Shown here piece by piece: positions 35,709-44,788 of a stretch of DNA of 64,000 nt; the stretch's first letter is position 1; every line of letters begins with the position of its first letter. The stretch is taken from IMG/VR virus record IMGVR_UViG_3300042470_001026, one strand, 5' to 3'. Source of the stretch: an uncultured virus (IMG/VR IMGVR_UViG_3300042470_001026) (taxonomy: Duplodnaviria > Heunggongvirae > Uroviricota > Caudoviricetes). The notes beneath the pieces were generated by a model, which worked only from the letters and a program-made list of their open reading frames with translations, made no database searches and was not told where the DNA came from. Made by a program: the position numbers and the translations under genes.

Positions 35709-36512
35709 ATGATTTTCAGCCTTTGGACAAGATATGAGCCTATTATGATTAAGGTGGTGGTGCAGACAACATCCCCACAAGAAATTGTATTGAAGGTATA
35801 TGACCCAAGTCAGGCAAATACTTATTTTACAGATAGGCAAAAAACTGTAAACGGAGTTGAAGAGCTATTTATCAGGATGCCACTCTCCCCTAACGTTGTA
35901 AAATTAGAGGTGTACAATAAAAAAAGTGGGAACCTACCTAAAGGCCAAGACCCTACTTTCACTGTTTTGAACATAAAAAAAGAGGATTTAGATATCACGC
36001 TTCCCAAAACTAAAATGGACACATTCGCTGTCCGTAATTTTGTGGCTTTTGCTCAAAAGTTTGCTTATAATGCTGGTTGGCTTTCAGCACCTAAAGACTA
36101 TTTAAGCTCTGTAGGAGCATTTAAAATTGAATATCTCCCTCAAATTATCAATTTCAAGGGTGAGAAAATGTCTACCCCAGCACGAATCAGCACAAAAAAT
36201 GGTCGTATTCAGGTTTCGCAACAAGCTTTTCGTGAGTATACTATTCCAATGCGTATGGCAATCTTATTACATGAGTTTAGCCATTTCTACCTGAATTCAG
36301 ATATTTCTGATGAAACGGAAGCAGATTTAAATGGACTTACTATTTATTTAGGTTTAGGGTATCCTATTCGTGAGGCTTATCAAGCTTTTACTAGCACTTT
36401 CGTTGGCCATCCAACTGACCAGAATAAGCAACGGTATGATATTATTGATAAATTTATAAGAGATTATATTAAAGAGTATAAACTAAAAGATGTTTACTCA
36501 AATGAAAAATAA
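35709..36512 (+). CDS. zincin-type metallopeptidase
   Basis: AILLHEFSH (HExxH) plus downstream ETEAD third-ligand motif; beta-rich N-terminal domain. Confidence 0.75.
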   Translation: MIFSLWTRYEPIMIKVVVQTTSPQEIVLKVYDPSQANTYFTDRQKTVNGVEELFIRMPLSPNVVKLEVYNKKSGNLPKGQDPTFTVLNIKKEDLDITLPKTKMDTFAVRNFVAFAQKFAYNAGWLSAPKDYLSSVGAFKIEYLPQIINFKGEKMSTPARISTKNGRIQVSQQAFREYTIPMRMAILLHEFSHFYLNSDISDETEADLNGLTIYLGLGYPIREAYQAFTSTFVGHPTDQNKQRYDIIDKFIRDYIKEYKLKDVYSNEK

Positions 36513-36514
36513 CT

Positions 36515-36781
36515 ATGAATAGCACATTAAAAGGAGTATTTACCATTTTAGTAGTTGGAGGTGTTGTATATGCTTCCTATCGCCTTCTTTTTAAGGATAA
36601 GAAAAAGATATATGCTGACCTAATTATAAAAAATGGTAAGTATACATCAAGTATTGATAACCTTTTGAGCTTTGATGAAGACTATCTGAAAGAGTGGTAT
36701 TTGTCAGCAAAAAAAGGAGAAGAAACATTTACATTAAAAGGAGTAACATATCTTACACAAGGTGGTAAATTAAAAAAATAA
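36515..36781 (+). CDS. N-anchored membrane protein
   Basis: N-terminal TM followed by a basic patch. Confidence 0.7.
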   Translation: MNSTLKGVFTILVVGGVVYASYRLLFKDKKKIYADLIIKNGKYTSSIDNLLSFDEDYLKEWYLSAKKGEETFTLKGVTYLTQGGKLKK

Positions 36782-36784
36782 AAA

Positions 36785-37333
36785 ATGGAAAACGCAGTTT
36801 ACCAATATTACAAAGAGCTTCCACCTTGGGCAAAAGGTGCAATCGTTGTTGGCGGTGCAGCAGTAATTTATTTAACTGCAACGAGAATCTTTAGAAATAT
36901 CAAGAATGCTAAAAACCAAAAGGATGCTAAAAAAACACAATCTGAAGTAAAATCAGAGCTTACCCAACTTATAAACCAAGGTGTGAAAAAATCATATCCT
37001 GATAGTCAATATAATGCTTGGGCTGACAGAATTCAAAAACAATTTGATGGAATTGATTGGAAGCAAAATTGGTTTGATAAAGATGTGCCTATCATCGGTC
37101 AATGGAGTGGAAGTGGAAAATCGGTAGCTGAAATATTTAAGCAATTAAAAAATAATGCTGACTTTTTAGCTCTTGTTAGTGCCTATGGAATTCGTACCTA
37201 CGACCAAGCGGGTATATTTACGGGAGATTTTACTGGTAATTTGTATCAAGCAATTCAAGATGAGCTTGACAAAGGAGAAGTAGATGCCTTAAATGCAGTT
37301 TTGAACAAAAAAGGAATAACCTATAAAATATAA
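36785..37333 (+). CDS. N-anchored helical membrane protein
   Basis: LPPWAKGAIVVGGAAVIYL TM; helical C-terminal domain. Confidence 0.75.
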   Translation: MENAVYQYYKELPPWAKGAIVVGGAAVIYLTATRIFRNIKNAKNQKDAKKTQSEVKSELTQLINQGVKKSYPDSQYNAWADRIQKQFDGIDWKQNWFDKDVPIIGQWSGSGKSVAEIFKQLKNNADFLALVSAYGIRTYDQAGIFTGDFTGNLYQAIQDELDKGEVDALNAVLNKKGITYKI

Positions 37334-37336
37334 ATT

Positions 37337-37873
37337 ATGCCAGCACCAGTAGCAGTATTTTTAGCACCAACAATTGGAGGAGCAGCTTTATTAAGCAAAA
37401 AAAAGCAAGCCAGAAGGGCTCAAGCAGCTTCTAATAAGTGGTCTACACAATTTCCTCTAGTAGACGATTATGCTTCTCAGCAAGCTATGATTAGCCAAGC
37501 TCAACTTCAGCTTAAAACTCTTCAAGCACAAGGAAGCAAATCAAAGCAAGTAAGAGCTGAAATTGCTCAACTTTCCAAGTGGATTGGTGTGATGAAAGCA
37601 CAATTAAAAGATTTAAAAACGGGTCTTGACATGGCTAGCACTAATATGCAAAAAGCCCCTACTCCAACTGTAATTGCTTCAGCCCCACTTCCAGTTGCCC
37701 AAATGGCTCCCGCTACACAAAATGCTCCTACTGGAGTTACATCTGGCGATGTAGCGGAAAACGTCGCTAACGGAGATAATTTAGCTTCTGCAACCAAAAA
37801 ACCTACAAACTGGTTATTAATTGGTGGTTTGGTTGTTGGAGCTGTAGTTTTATATAGAATACTTAAAAAGTAA
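37337..37873 (+). CDS. C-anchored membrane protein
   Basis: Helical hairpin, Ala/Pro/Thr linker, NWLLIGGLVVGAVVLYRILKK. Confidence 0.75.
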   Translation: MPAPVAVFLAPTIGGAALLSKKKQARRAQAASNKWSTQFPLVDDYASQQAMISQAQLQLKTLQAQGSKSKQVRAEIAQLSKWIGVMKAQLKDLKTGLDMASTNMQKAPTPTVIASAPLPVAQMAPATQNAPTGVTSGDVAENVANGDNLASATKKPTNWLLIGGLVVGAVVLYRILKK

Positions 37874-37876
37874 GTT

Positions 37877-38461
37877 ATGGCAATAGACATGATTGAAAAT
37901 AATGATTTAGGTGCTCTTGCTCCAAGTAGATTGGGGTTAAGAGAATTTGCTGATGACAATTGGGCGTATAAAAATTATGCTGGTGGAGAAGATTTTTTCA
38001 ATCTTTTCGGTAGCCGTAAAGAAAAAAAAGATAAATATACCAGCTGGGCAAGGGCAAAATTTGAAAATCTTTCAACTGATTGTGAAAATATTCAAAAAAG
38101 TATTGATATAATTAATAATGAGCTTCAACTTCTTTTAAAGAAGAAGCAGACTTTGAATATTAAAACACAAATAAACGAGACAAATCAAATATTAGCCGAA
38201 TACAAAAGGTCGCAACTTGAACAAGATTGTGAGAAAAAACAAATTTTAGCTAAATCAGAAAAAGAAAGGGAGCAAACTTTAGCAACCTTAACTCAATTAA
38301 GTGACGTTTCAGTTGGAAAAGCACAACAAGAACTTGCTGGCCTTCAAGCGGGTCTTTCCCCTGAAGAGGCAGCCAGACAAGCAAAAATGAAAAATTATTT
38401 ATTGTACGGTGGTATTGGACTGGGTGCTATCCTATTAATTGCCCTAATTGCTAGAAGATGA
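37877..38461 (+). CDS. C-anchored coiled-coil membrane protein
   Basis: YKNYAGGEDFFNLFG leader, Cys-paired coil, C-terminal TM followed by RR. Confidence 0.75.
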   Translation: MAIDMIENNDLGALAPSRLGLREFADDNWAYKNYAGGEDFFNLFGSRKEKKDKYTSWARAKFENLSTDCENIQKSIDIINNELQLLLKKKQTLNIKTQINETNQILAEYKRSQLEQDCEKKQILAKSEKEREQTLATLTQLSDVSVGKAQQELAGLQAGLSPEEAARQAKMKNYLLYGGIGLGAILLIALIARR

Positions 38462-38946
38462 AAGCTCTAAAAACGATATCAGTACTGGCGGGTCTAGGTT
38501 TGATTGGCTATGCTTTATACAGATACTATTTAAAACAAGTAGATTTTATAAAGGATATAACCTATCAGGTTACTGGAGTTCGTATCAGGGAGTTTAAAAA
38601 AGATAAAGTATCGCTTGATATTTCTGCCTCAATTTTTAATGCTTCAAACGTAGAGGCTGTTGTTACCCAAATGTATTTAGATGTGTTTATTAATGACATC
38701 AAGGTTGGTAATGTAAACGAAATCAAGGATATAACCATATCTCCGAAAAAATCCACCAATATTCAATTCAACTTTTCTTTTGACCCTCAATTAATTGCCA
38801 AAAATATCGTAGATTTGGTGACGTTAAGTGTGGCTGCAAAAGATATCGTAATTGATATCAAGGGCTATATTCGGGTTAAGAGTGGCTTCTTGAGCACTCC
38901 TTTGCCATTTGAATATAGAAACAATTTGAAAAGCTACTTAAAATAA
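38458..38946 (+). CDS. LEA_2/WHy-like beta-sandwich protein with N-terminal TM
   Basis: TM, then SIFNASN...LDVFINDIKVG....ISPKKSTNIQF....IDIKGYIRV. Confidence 0.7.
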   Translation: MKALKTISVLAGLGLIGYALYRYYLKQVDFIKDITYQVTGVRIREFKKDKVSLDISASIFNASNVEAVVTQMYLDVFINDIKVGNVNEIKDITISPKKSTNIQFNFSFDPQLIAKNIVDLVTLSVAAKDIVIDIKGYIRVKSGFLSTPLPFEYRNNLKSYLK

Positions 38947-38952
38947 CCCAAA

Positions 38953-39225
38953 ATGGGAGCAACAAACGTACATACACAATCGCTATCCTCTGGTAGTATA
39001 ACTATATCCGCATCTAATAATGTTATTAGATTAAGTGTCATTTGTAAAAGCGGAACAATAACTGCTATTGGAAGTAGTACATTTCAAGATACAGCCTCTT
39101 CATCAGTTGAATTTACAACTGGAGAGGGTATTACGTTAACCGCACCAAGTATTAGTCAACCTATTGATGGGTTTACGATAGATGCTTCTTCTGGTGTTGC
39201 AGAGTTAGTAATTTCTTATCAATAA
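38953..39225 (+). CDS. small all-beta protein (possible penton or minor capsid)
   Basis: 90 aa of alternating beta strands, Ser/Thr/Gly-rich. Confidence 0.55.
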   Translation: MGATNVHTQSLSSGSITISASNNVIRLSVICKSGTITAIGSSTFQDTASSSVEFTTGEGITLTAPSISQPIDGFTIDASSGVAELVISYQ

Positions 39226-39236
39226 AAATAAAAACT

Positions 39237-39383
39237 ATGGCAAACTACATCTTATCAGAGCCTCAACGCAAAGAAGACGGAACGTTTTTGATTAGTTTAC
39301 TTTCTGAAGACGGAACTGTTCTTGCTGAAGGCGAAGGAGCTACCCAAGAGGAAGCCGAAGCCGATGCGAAATCCAAATTGTAA
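39237..39383 (+). CDS. 48-aa acidic protein
   Basis: Hand-translated MANYILSEPQRKEDGTFLISLLSEDGTVLAEGEGATQEEAEADAKSKL*. Confidence 0.65.
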   Translation: MANYILSEPQRKEDGTFLISLLSEDGTVLAEGEGATQEEAEADAKSKL

Positions 39384-39404
39384 TTAAAACAAAAAACCAT
39401 AAAA

Positions 39405-39842
39405 ATGCAAGATTTTATCACAAACGAAACCAACAAAATCTTCAGTAAAGCCATTAAGCGATTTGCAAAAAATGACAAAATTGAAGAAGAAAAAGTATCA
39501 CTCCTTTTACATCTTTTTGATGAAGGAGAGATAAATGAAAAGGGAGAACTTGAAAGAAAAGTAGGGTACAAAGTGTGTCAAAATTATGCACCCGTTAAGA
39601 GTGTAGGAATTTTAGAAATTTTGGGTGTGAAGATTGATTTGAAGATGTATTCTTATATAGTTCCTCCTCAAATAAAAAATATAATAGAAAATTTTGAGAC
39701 GGAAACGGGCTCAAAAGATATTGAAATTGGTGTTTATTTAGACAGAAATGATTCTGAAGAGGTAAACTACTTTTTATTTAATAATGGTCAATTAGTAAAA
39801 AAATTTGAATTAGAACAAGTCTTAAAATTAGAAGTAACATGA
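39405..39842 (+). CDS. hypothetical protein
   Basis: 145 aa with AAAAACCATAAAA leader. Confidence 0.7.
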   Translation: MQDFITNETNKIFSKAIKRFAKNDKIEEEKVSLLLHLFDEGEINEKGELERKVGYKVCQNYAPVKSVGILEILGVKIDLKMYSYIVPPQIKNIIENFETETGSKDIEIGVYLDRNDSEEVNYFLFNNGQLVKKFELEQVLKLEVT

Positions 39843-39934
39843 TGGGATGCTGTGCTTTTGGATTTTTTAGTTATTACGCCAAACAAATTACTCAAATTAA
39901 TATGTTTGGTTTTTCCGTTTTAAGACTATCATAA
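39842..39934 (+). CDS. 30-aa peptide
   Basis: MGCCAFGFFSYYAKQITQINMFGFSVLRLS*; TGATG coupling; fills the gap before the fibre gene. Confidence 0.45.
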   Translation: MGCCAFGFFSYYAKQITQINMFGFSVLRLS

Positions 39935-39946
39935 AAATAAAAATCC

Positions 39947-42900
39947 ATGAGTACAACATTTCTAGGAGGAGACGGATTCGGTTTTATAGGCGGTGGAGCT
40001 GGTGGTGGTGGCGGTACTGGTTCATCTGGAACCAGTGGTACAAGCTTTGGTAGCTCGGGAACTAGCGGTGGCTCGGGAACTAGCGGAAATAGTGGAAGCT
40101 CTGGAACAAGTGCTTTTTCAGGTACTTCTGGTACTTCAGGAACACATGGTTCTTCAGGTTCTTCTGGAACTTCAGGATTAACTGGTACATCTGGAACAAG
40201 CGGTGATTCAGGCTCTAGTGGAACTAGCGGTGAAGCTGGGAGTTCTGGAACATCTGGTCAATCAGGAACTTCTGGAGAAAGTGGTACTTCAGGCGATAAT
40301 GGTTCAAGCGGTACTTCAGGCGATAGTGGAACATCTGGAACTGACGGTTCTTCAGGCTCCAGTGGAACAACTGGAACCTCTGGCTCAAGCGGAGAAGATG
40401 GAACATCTGGGACATCAGGCTCTTCTGGTTTTGACGGAACAAGCGGTATAGACGGAACTTCTGGTGAATCAGGTACATCAGGTACCGATGGCTCTTCTGG
40501 AACTTCTGGAGTAAGCGGTAGTTCTGGCTCTAGCGGTACATCAGCTACAGACGGCTCTTCAGGAACAAGTGGATTTGAGGGAACCTCTGGTACAAGCGGT
40601 GAAAACGGAACTTCAGGCATTGACGGTACTTCTGGTCAAGACGGCTCTTCTGGAACAAGCGGAACAGCTGGTTCTAGCGGAGAATCTGGCACATCAGGTA
40701 CAGATGGTTCTTCTGGAACATCTGGTGAATCTGGTACTACTGGTACTAGCGGTGTTGACGGAACTAGTGGCGAAAGCGGAACATCAGGTGAAAGCGGAAC
40801 ATCAGGAACTAGTGGCGAATCTGGTACTTCTGGGACTGATGGCTCTTCTGGTACTTCTGGAGAATCTGGAACATCAGGAGAAAGCGGAACAAGTGGAACA
40901 AGTGCTGCGGATGGAACCGCTGGAACTAGTGGTGAAAGCGGAACAAGTGGAGAAAATGGCACCTCTGGTATAGACGGTACTTCTGGTATAGATGGTACAA
41001 GCGGAACGGCTGCATCTTCTGGTACATCAGGAACTTCTGGTACCTCTGGCGTAGATGGTACTTCAGGTACTGACGGTTCAAGCGGAACAAGTGCTGCCGA
41101 TGGAACTTCGGGAACCGATGGCTCTTCTGGAACATCTGGTACTGACGGCTCTTCAGGCACATCAGGAACATCTGGTTCAAGTGGTACAGACGGAAGCTCT
41201 GGAACAACTGGAACAAATGGTTCTTCTGGAACATCTGGCGAAAGTGGAACAAGCGGTACAAGTGCTGCGGATGGCACTTCAGGTACTGACGGAAGCTCTG
41301 GTACTTCAGGGGAAGCTGGAACAAGTGGGACTTCGGGCACCGATGGCTCATCTGGAACCGACGGCTCTTCAGGTACATCTGGCACTTCAGGTTCTTCAGG
41401 AACCGCTGGTACTGCTGGTCAAACGGGTACTTCAGGCACTGACGGTTCTTCGGGAACATCAGGGGAAAGCGGAACTTCTGGTACCGACGGTTCATCAGGA
41501 ACTAGCGGCGAAAGTGGTACTTCGGGCACCGATGGCTCTTCTGGTACTTCAGCCTCTTCGGGCAGCTCTGGCACATCGGGCACAGATGGTTCTTCGGGTA
41601 CTTCGGGAACCGATGGTTCTTCAGGTACGGATGGGTCTAGTGGTACATCAGGTACTGATGGTTCTTCAGGTACTTCAGGTACAGATGGCTCTTCAGGTAC
41701 TGATGGTTCGTCTGGTACATCTGGAGAGAATGGGTCTAGCGGAACCTCTGGAACCTCTGGTACAGCAGGAAGCTCTGGAACATCTGCAACCAATGGTTCT
41801 TCGGGCTCTTCTGGAACCTCTGGTGAAAATGGAACTTCTGGAACAGACGGCTCCAGTGGCACATCTGGCACCTCGGCAAGCTCTGGCTCTTCTGGTACTT
41901 CGGGTACCGATGGTTCTTCGGGTACAGACGGCTCAAATGGTACTTCTGGAACATCGGGTAGCTCAGGAACTGATGGTTCTTCTGGCACTTCTGGTACAGA
42001 TGGCTCAAGCGGCACAAGCGGCTCATCAGGGACATCTGCCACTTCTGGAACGGATGGTTCTTCAGGAACTTCAGGAACAAGTGGAGAAAATGGAACTTCT
42101 GGCACATCTGGCACCTCTGGTACTTCTGGTACTTCAGGAACTAGCGGAACAGACGGAACTACATGTGAAAGCTATACAATAATAGCTCCATCTGGCACGA
42201 CTACCACTACCACGACATCTACAACTACGACTACTCCGCCACCAGCTTGTCTGTGTTATTCTCTTACAAACGATGGTGACCCAACTAACACAAATACAAC
42301 AAATTATACTGATTGCGATGGTAATCCTCAGACGATAACAAATAAAATTTTTAACTCTGCTGCAACCTACTTTTGTGCTCAATCTGGTTCGGTTAGTGCA
42401 TCGTCTGGCTTAACAGTAACGGTCGTTACTGATTCGCCCAGCACTTGTAATGGATGTGGAGGTACGACAACTACTACTACTACTTCTACAACTACAGCTG
42501 CTTTATTGTCTGGCTCATATGCATATTCATATACAGATTGCTCTGGTAATGCTGTCTCAGGTAATTTAAGTGATGGTCAATCGCTTACTTTCTGCGCAGT
42601 TAGAGGCTCTGTAACTTGGGCTTATACTCTTGTTGATAATGGCGTATGCGCTGGTACTAGTGGAACAAGCGGTACTTCTGGTACTTCTGGAACGTCTGGC
42701 ACATCAGGTTCTTCTGGAACCAGCGGGTCTTCTGGTACATCAGGTACTTCTGGCTCTAGCGGTTCAAGTGGAACGTCAGCAGAAAGCGGTACTTCAGGAA
42801 CTAGTGCAACATCGGGCTCTTCTGGTACTTCAGCAACAGATGGAAGTTCTGGAACTAGTGGTACGGACGGCTCATCTGGAACAGATGGCTCTAGCGGTAC

Positions 42901-44761
42901 ATCTGGAACATCGGGCTCTAGTGGCTCTTCAGGTACTAGTGGCACACACGGTTATTCGGGAACTTCTGGTACGGACGGCTCATCTGGAACAAGCGGTGAT
43001 GCGGGTACTTCTGGTACTGATGGCTCAAGTGGAACTAGTGCTACTTCAGGAAGCTCTGGCTCCAGTGGCACATCTGGAACTTCAGGTTCTAGCGGTACTT
43101 CAGGAACGGACGGTTCTTCTGGTACAAGTGGAACGGATGGCTCTTCTGGAACTTCAGGAAGTAGCGGAACATCTGGCACATCAGGTTCTAGCGGTTCAAG
43201 TGGAACAGCGGGTACTTCTGGTTCAAGCGGTCAAAGTGGTGTTGCGGGTGGATTGGTATATTATCTAAATCAATCCGTAAATACAAATAGTGCCTTTGGT
43301 ACTCCAACATATAAACAATGGAGTCCGACTGCAACGGGCGGTGCTGAACAAACAGTAACTAAATCGGTATCGGGTAATACAAGAACTTTGTTGGCAACTT
43401 TTGCTACGGATTCGGGTGTTCCTAATATTACAAGTATTCCTTCGGGATTGTGGGCATGGGTTAATCACCTATCAATAAATAGTAATGGAACTTTAGCGGT
43501 TGATGTAGAGTTGTATAAATACACAACTGGTGGTGCTTCAACCTTACTTGGTACTACAAATTTAGATACCGAAACGCCAGGCAATGGTGTAATAAAAGAG
43601 TTTTTCACTACTTTATTCTTAGGACAAACCGCATTAGTTTCAACCGATAGGCTTTATTGCCAAATATATGTTGAGCATACTGGAGGTAGTAGTGCAGATG
43701 TTACTTTCTATACGGAAGGGACAAGCAATTATTCTTACGCTCAAACTACATTCAATCCTCCAAGTGGAACGAGTGGTACGAGCGGAGTAAATGGAACGAG
43801 CGGAACTAACGGTTCTTCTGGAACGGACGGCTCTAGCGGAACTTCTGGCACTTCAGGTTCTTCAGGTACTTCAGGCACATCTGGTTCAAGTGGAACTTCG
43901 GCAACTGATGGCTCCAGTGGAACGTCAGGTTTAGACGGTACTTCTGGAACAAGCGGTTCTAGTGGTACTTCTGGAACCTCTGGTTCTTCAGGAAGCTCTG
44001 GAACCTCTGGGACTAGCGGTTCTTCAGGAACAAGTGCTACCTCTGGTTCTTCAGGCACGGACGGCTCATCTGGTACTTCGGCTACATCTGGCTCTTCTGG
44101 TACGGATGGTTCCTCTGGTTCTTCTGGTACAGACGGTTCTTCAGGCACCTCTGGAACAAGCGGAACATCTGGCTCTAGCGGTACGTCGGGCACCGACGGT
44201 TCTTCGGGAACGTCAGCCAGTTCGGGTTCAAGTGGCACTAGCGGTACTTCTGGCTCTTCAGGTTCATCTGGAACGGCTGGTACAGATGGTTCAAGCGGAA
44301 CGGACGGCTCTTCAGGAACATCAGGTTCGAGCGGTAGTTCAGGAACTTCTGGAACAAATGGTTCAAGCGGAACCGACGGCTCAAGTGGCACGAGTGGAAC
44401 ATCAGGAAGCTCGGGAACGTCAGCTACTGCTGGCTCCTCTGGTTCATCTGGAACAGCTGCTACAGATGGTTCTTCTGGAACAAGTGGAGCTGCTGGCACA
44501 TCAGGTACATCTGGGTCATCAGGCACATCAGGAACATCTGGTTCAAGTGGTACTTCAGCCACATCAGGCTCAAGCGGTACGTCTGGTTCTTCGGGTACGT
44601 CAGCAAGCTCTGGCTCAAGCGGCACGGACGGGTCTTCTGGAACATCGGGAAGCTCTGGTTCTTCGGGAACAGCGGCTACGAGCGGAAGTGCTGGAACCTC
44701 TGGAAATACAGCGGAATTTTCTGGAACAAGCAGCAGTTCGATAACCCTACCATTAACTTAA
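39947..44761 (+). CDS. 1604-aa Gly-X-Y (Ser/Thr-rich) collagen-register fibre/stalk protein
   Basis: Three long (GTS/GSS/GTD)n tracts interrupted by a Cys/poly-Thr module and a beta-sandwich domain. Confidence 0.85.
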   Translation: MSTTFLGGDGFGFIGGGAGGGGGTGSSGTSGTSFGSSGTSGGSGTSGNSGSSGTSAFSGTSGTSGTHGSSGSSGTSGLTGTSGTSGDSGSSGTSGEAGSSGTSGQSGTSGESGTSGDNGSSGTSGDSGTSGTDGSSGSSGTTGTSGSSGEDGTSGTSGSSGFDGTSGIDGTSGESGTSGTDGSSGTSGVSGSSGSSGTSATDGSSGTSGFEGTSGTSGENGTSGIDGTSGQDGSSGTSGTAGSSGESGTSGTDGSSGTSGESGTTGTSGVDGTSGESGTSGESGTSGTSGESGTSGTDGSSGTSGESGTSGESGTSGTSAADGTAGTSGESGTSGENGTSGIDGTSGIDGTSGTAASSGTSGTSGTSGVDGTSGTDGSSGTSAADGTSGTDGSSGTSGTDGSSGTSGTSGSSGTDGSSGTTGTNGSSGTSGESGTSGTSAADGTSGTDGSSGTSGEAGTSGTSGTDGSSGTDGSSGTSGTSGSSGTAGTAGQTGTSGTDGSSGTSGESGTSGTDGSSGTSGESGTSGTDGSSGTSASSGSSGTSGTDGSSGTSGTDGSSGTDGSSGTSGTDGSSGTSGTDGSSGTDGSSGTSGENGSSGTSGTSGTAGSSGTSATNGSSGSSGTSGENGTSGTDGSSGTSGTSASSGSSGTSGTDGSSGTDGSNGTSGTSGSSGTDGSSGTSGTDGSSGTSGSSGTSATSGTDGSSGTSGTSGENGTSGTSGTSGTSGTSGTSGTDGTTCESYTIIAPSGTTTTTTTSTTTTTPPPACLCYSLTNDGDPTNTNTTNYTDCDGNPQTITNKIFNSAATYFCAQSGSVSASSGLTVTVVTDSPSTCNGCGGTTTTTTTSTTTAALLSGSYAYSYTDCSGNAVSGNLSDGQSLTFCAVRGSVTWAYTLVDNGVCAGTSGTSGTSGTSGTSGTSGSSGTSGSSGTSGTSGSSGSSGTSAESGTSGTSATSGSSGTSATDGSSGTSGTDGSSGTDGSSGTSGTSGSSGSSGTSGTHGYSGTSGTDGSSGTSGDAGTSGTDGSSGTSATSGSSGSSGTSGTSGSSGTSGTDGSSGTSGTDGSSGTSGSSGTSGTSGSSGSSGTAGTSGSSGQSGVAGGLVYYLNQSVNTNSAFGTPTYKQWSPTATGGAEQTVTKSVSGNTRTLLATFATDSGVPNITSIPSGLWAWVNHLSINSNGTLAVDVELYKYTTGGASTLLGTTNLDTETPGNGVIKEFFTTLFLGQTALVSTDRLYCQIYVEHTGGSSADVTFYTEGTSNYSYAQTTFNPPSGTSGTSGVNGTSGTNGSSGTDGSSGTSGTSGSSGTSGTSGSSGTSATDGSSGTSGLDGTSGTSGSSGTSGTSGSSGSSGTSGTSGSSGTSATSGSSGTDGSSGTSATSGSSGTDGSSGSSGTDGSSGTSGTSGTSGSSGTSGTDGSSGTSASSGSSGTSGTSGSSGSSGTAGTDGSSGTDGSSGTSGSSGSSGTSGTNGSSGTDGSSGTSGTSGSSGTSATAGSSGSSGTAATDGSSGTSGAAGTSGTSGSSGTSGTSGSSGTSATSGSSGTSGSSGTSASSGSSGTDGSSGTSGSSGSSGTAATSGSAGTSGNTAEFSGTSSSSITLPLT

Positions 44762-44788
44762 AGTGTGCTTTAATTTCAGAAAATATAA

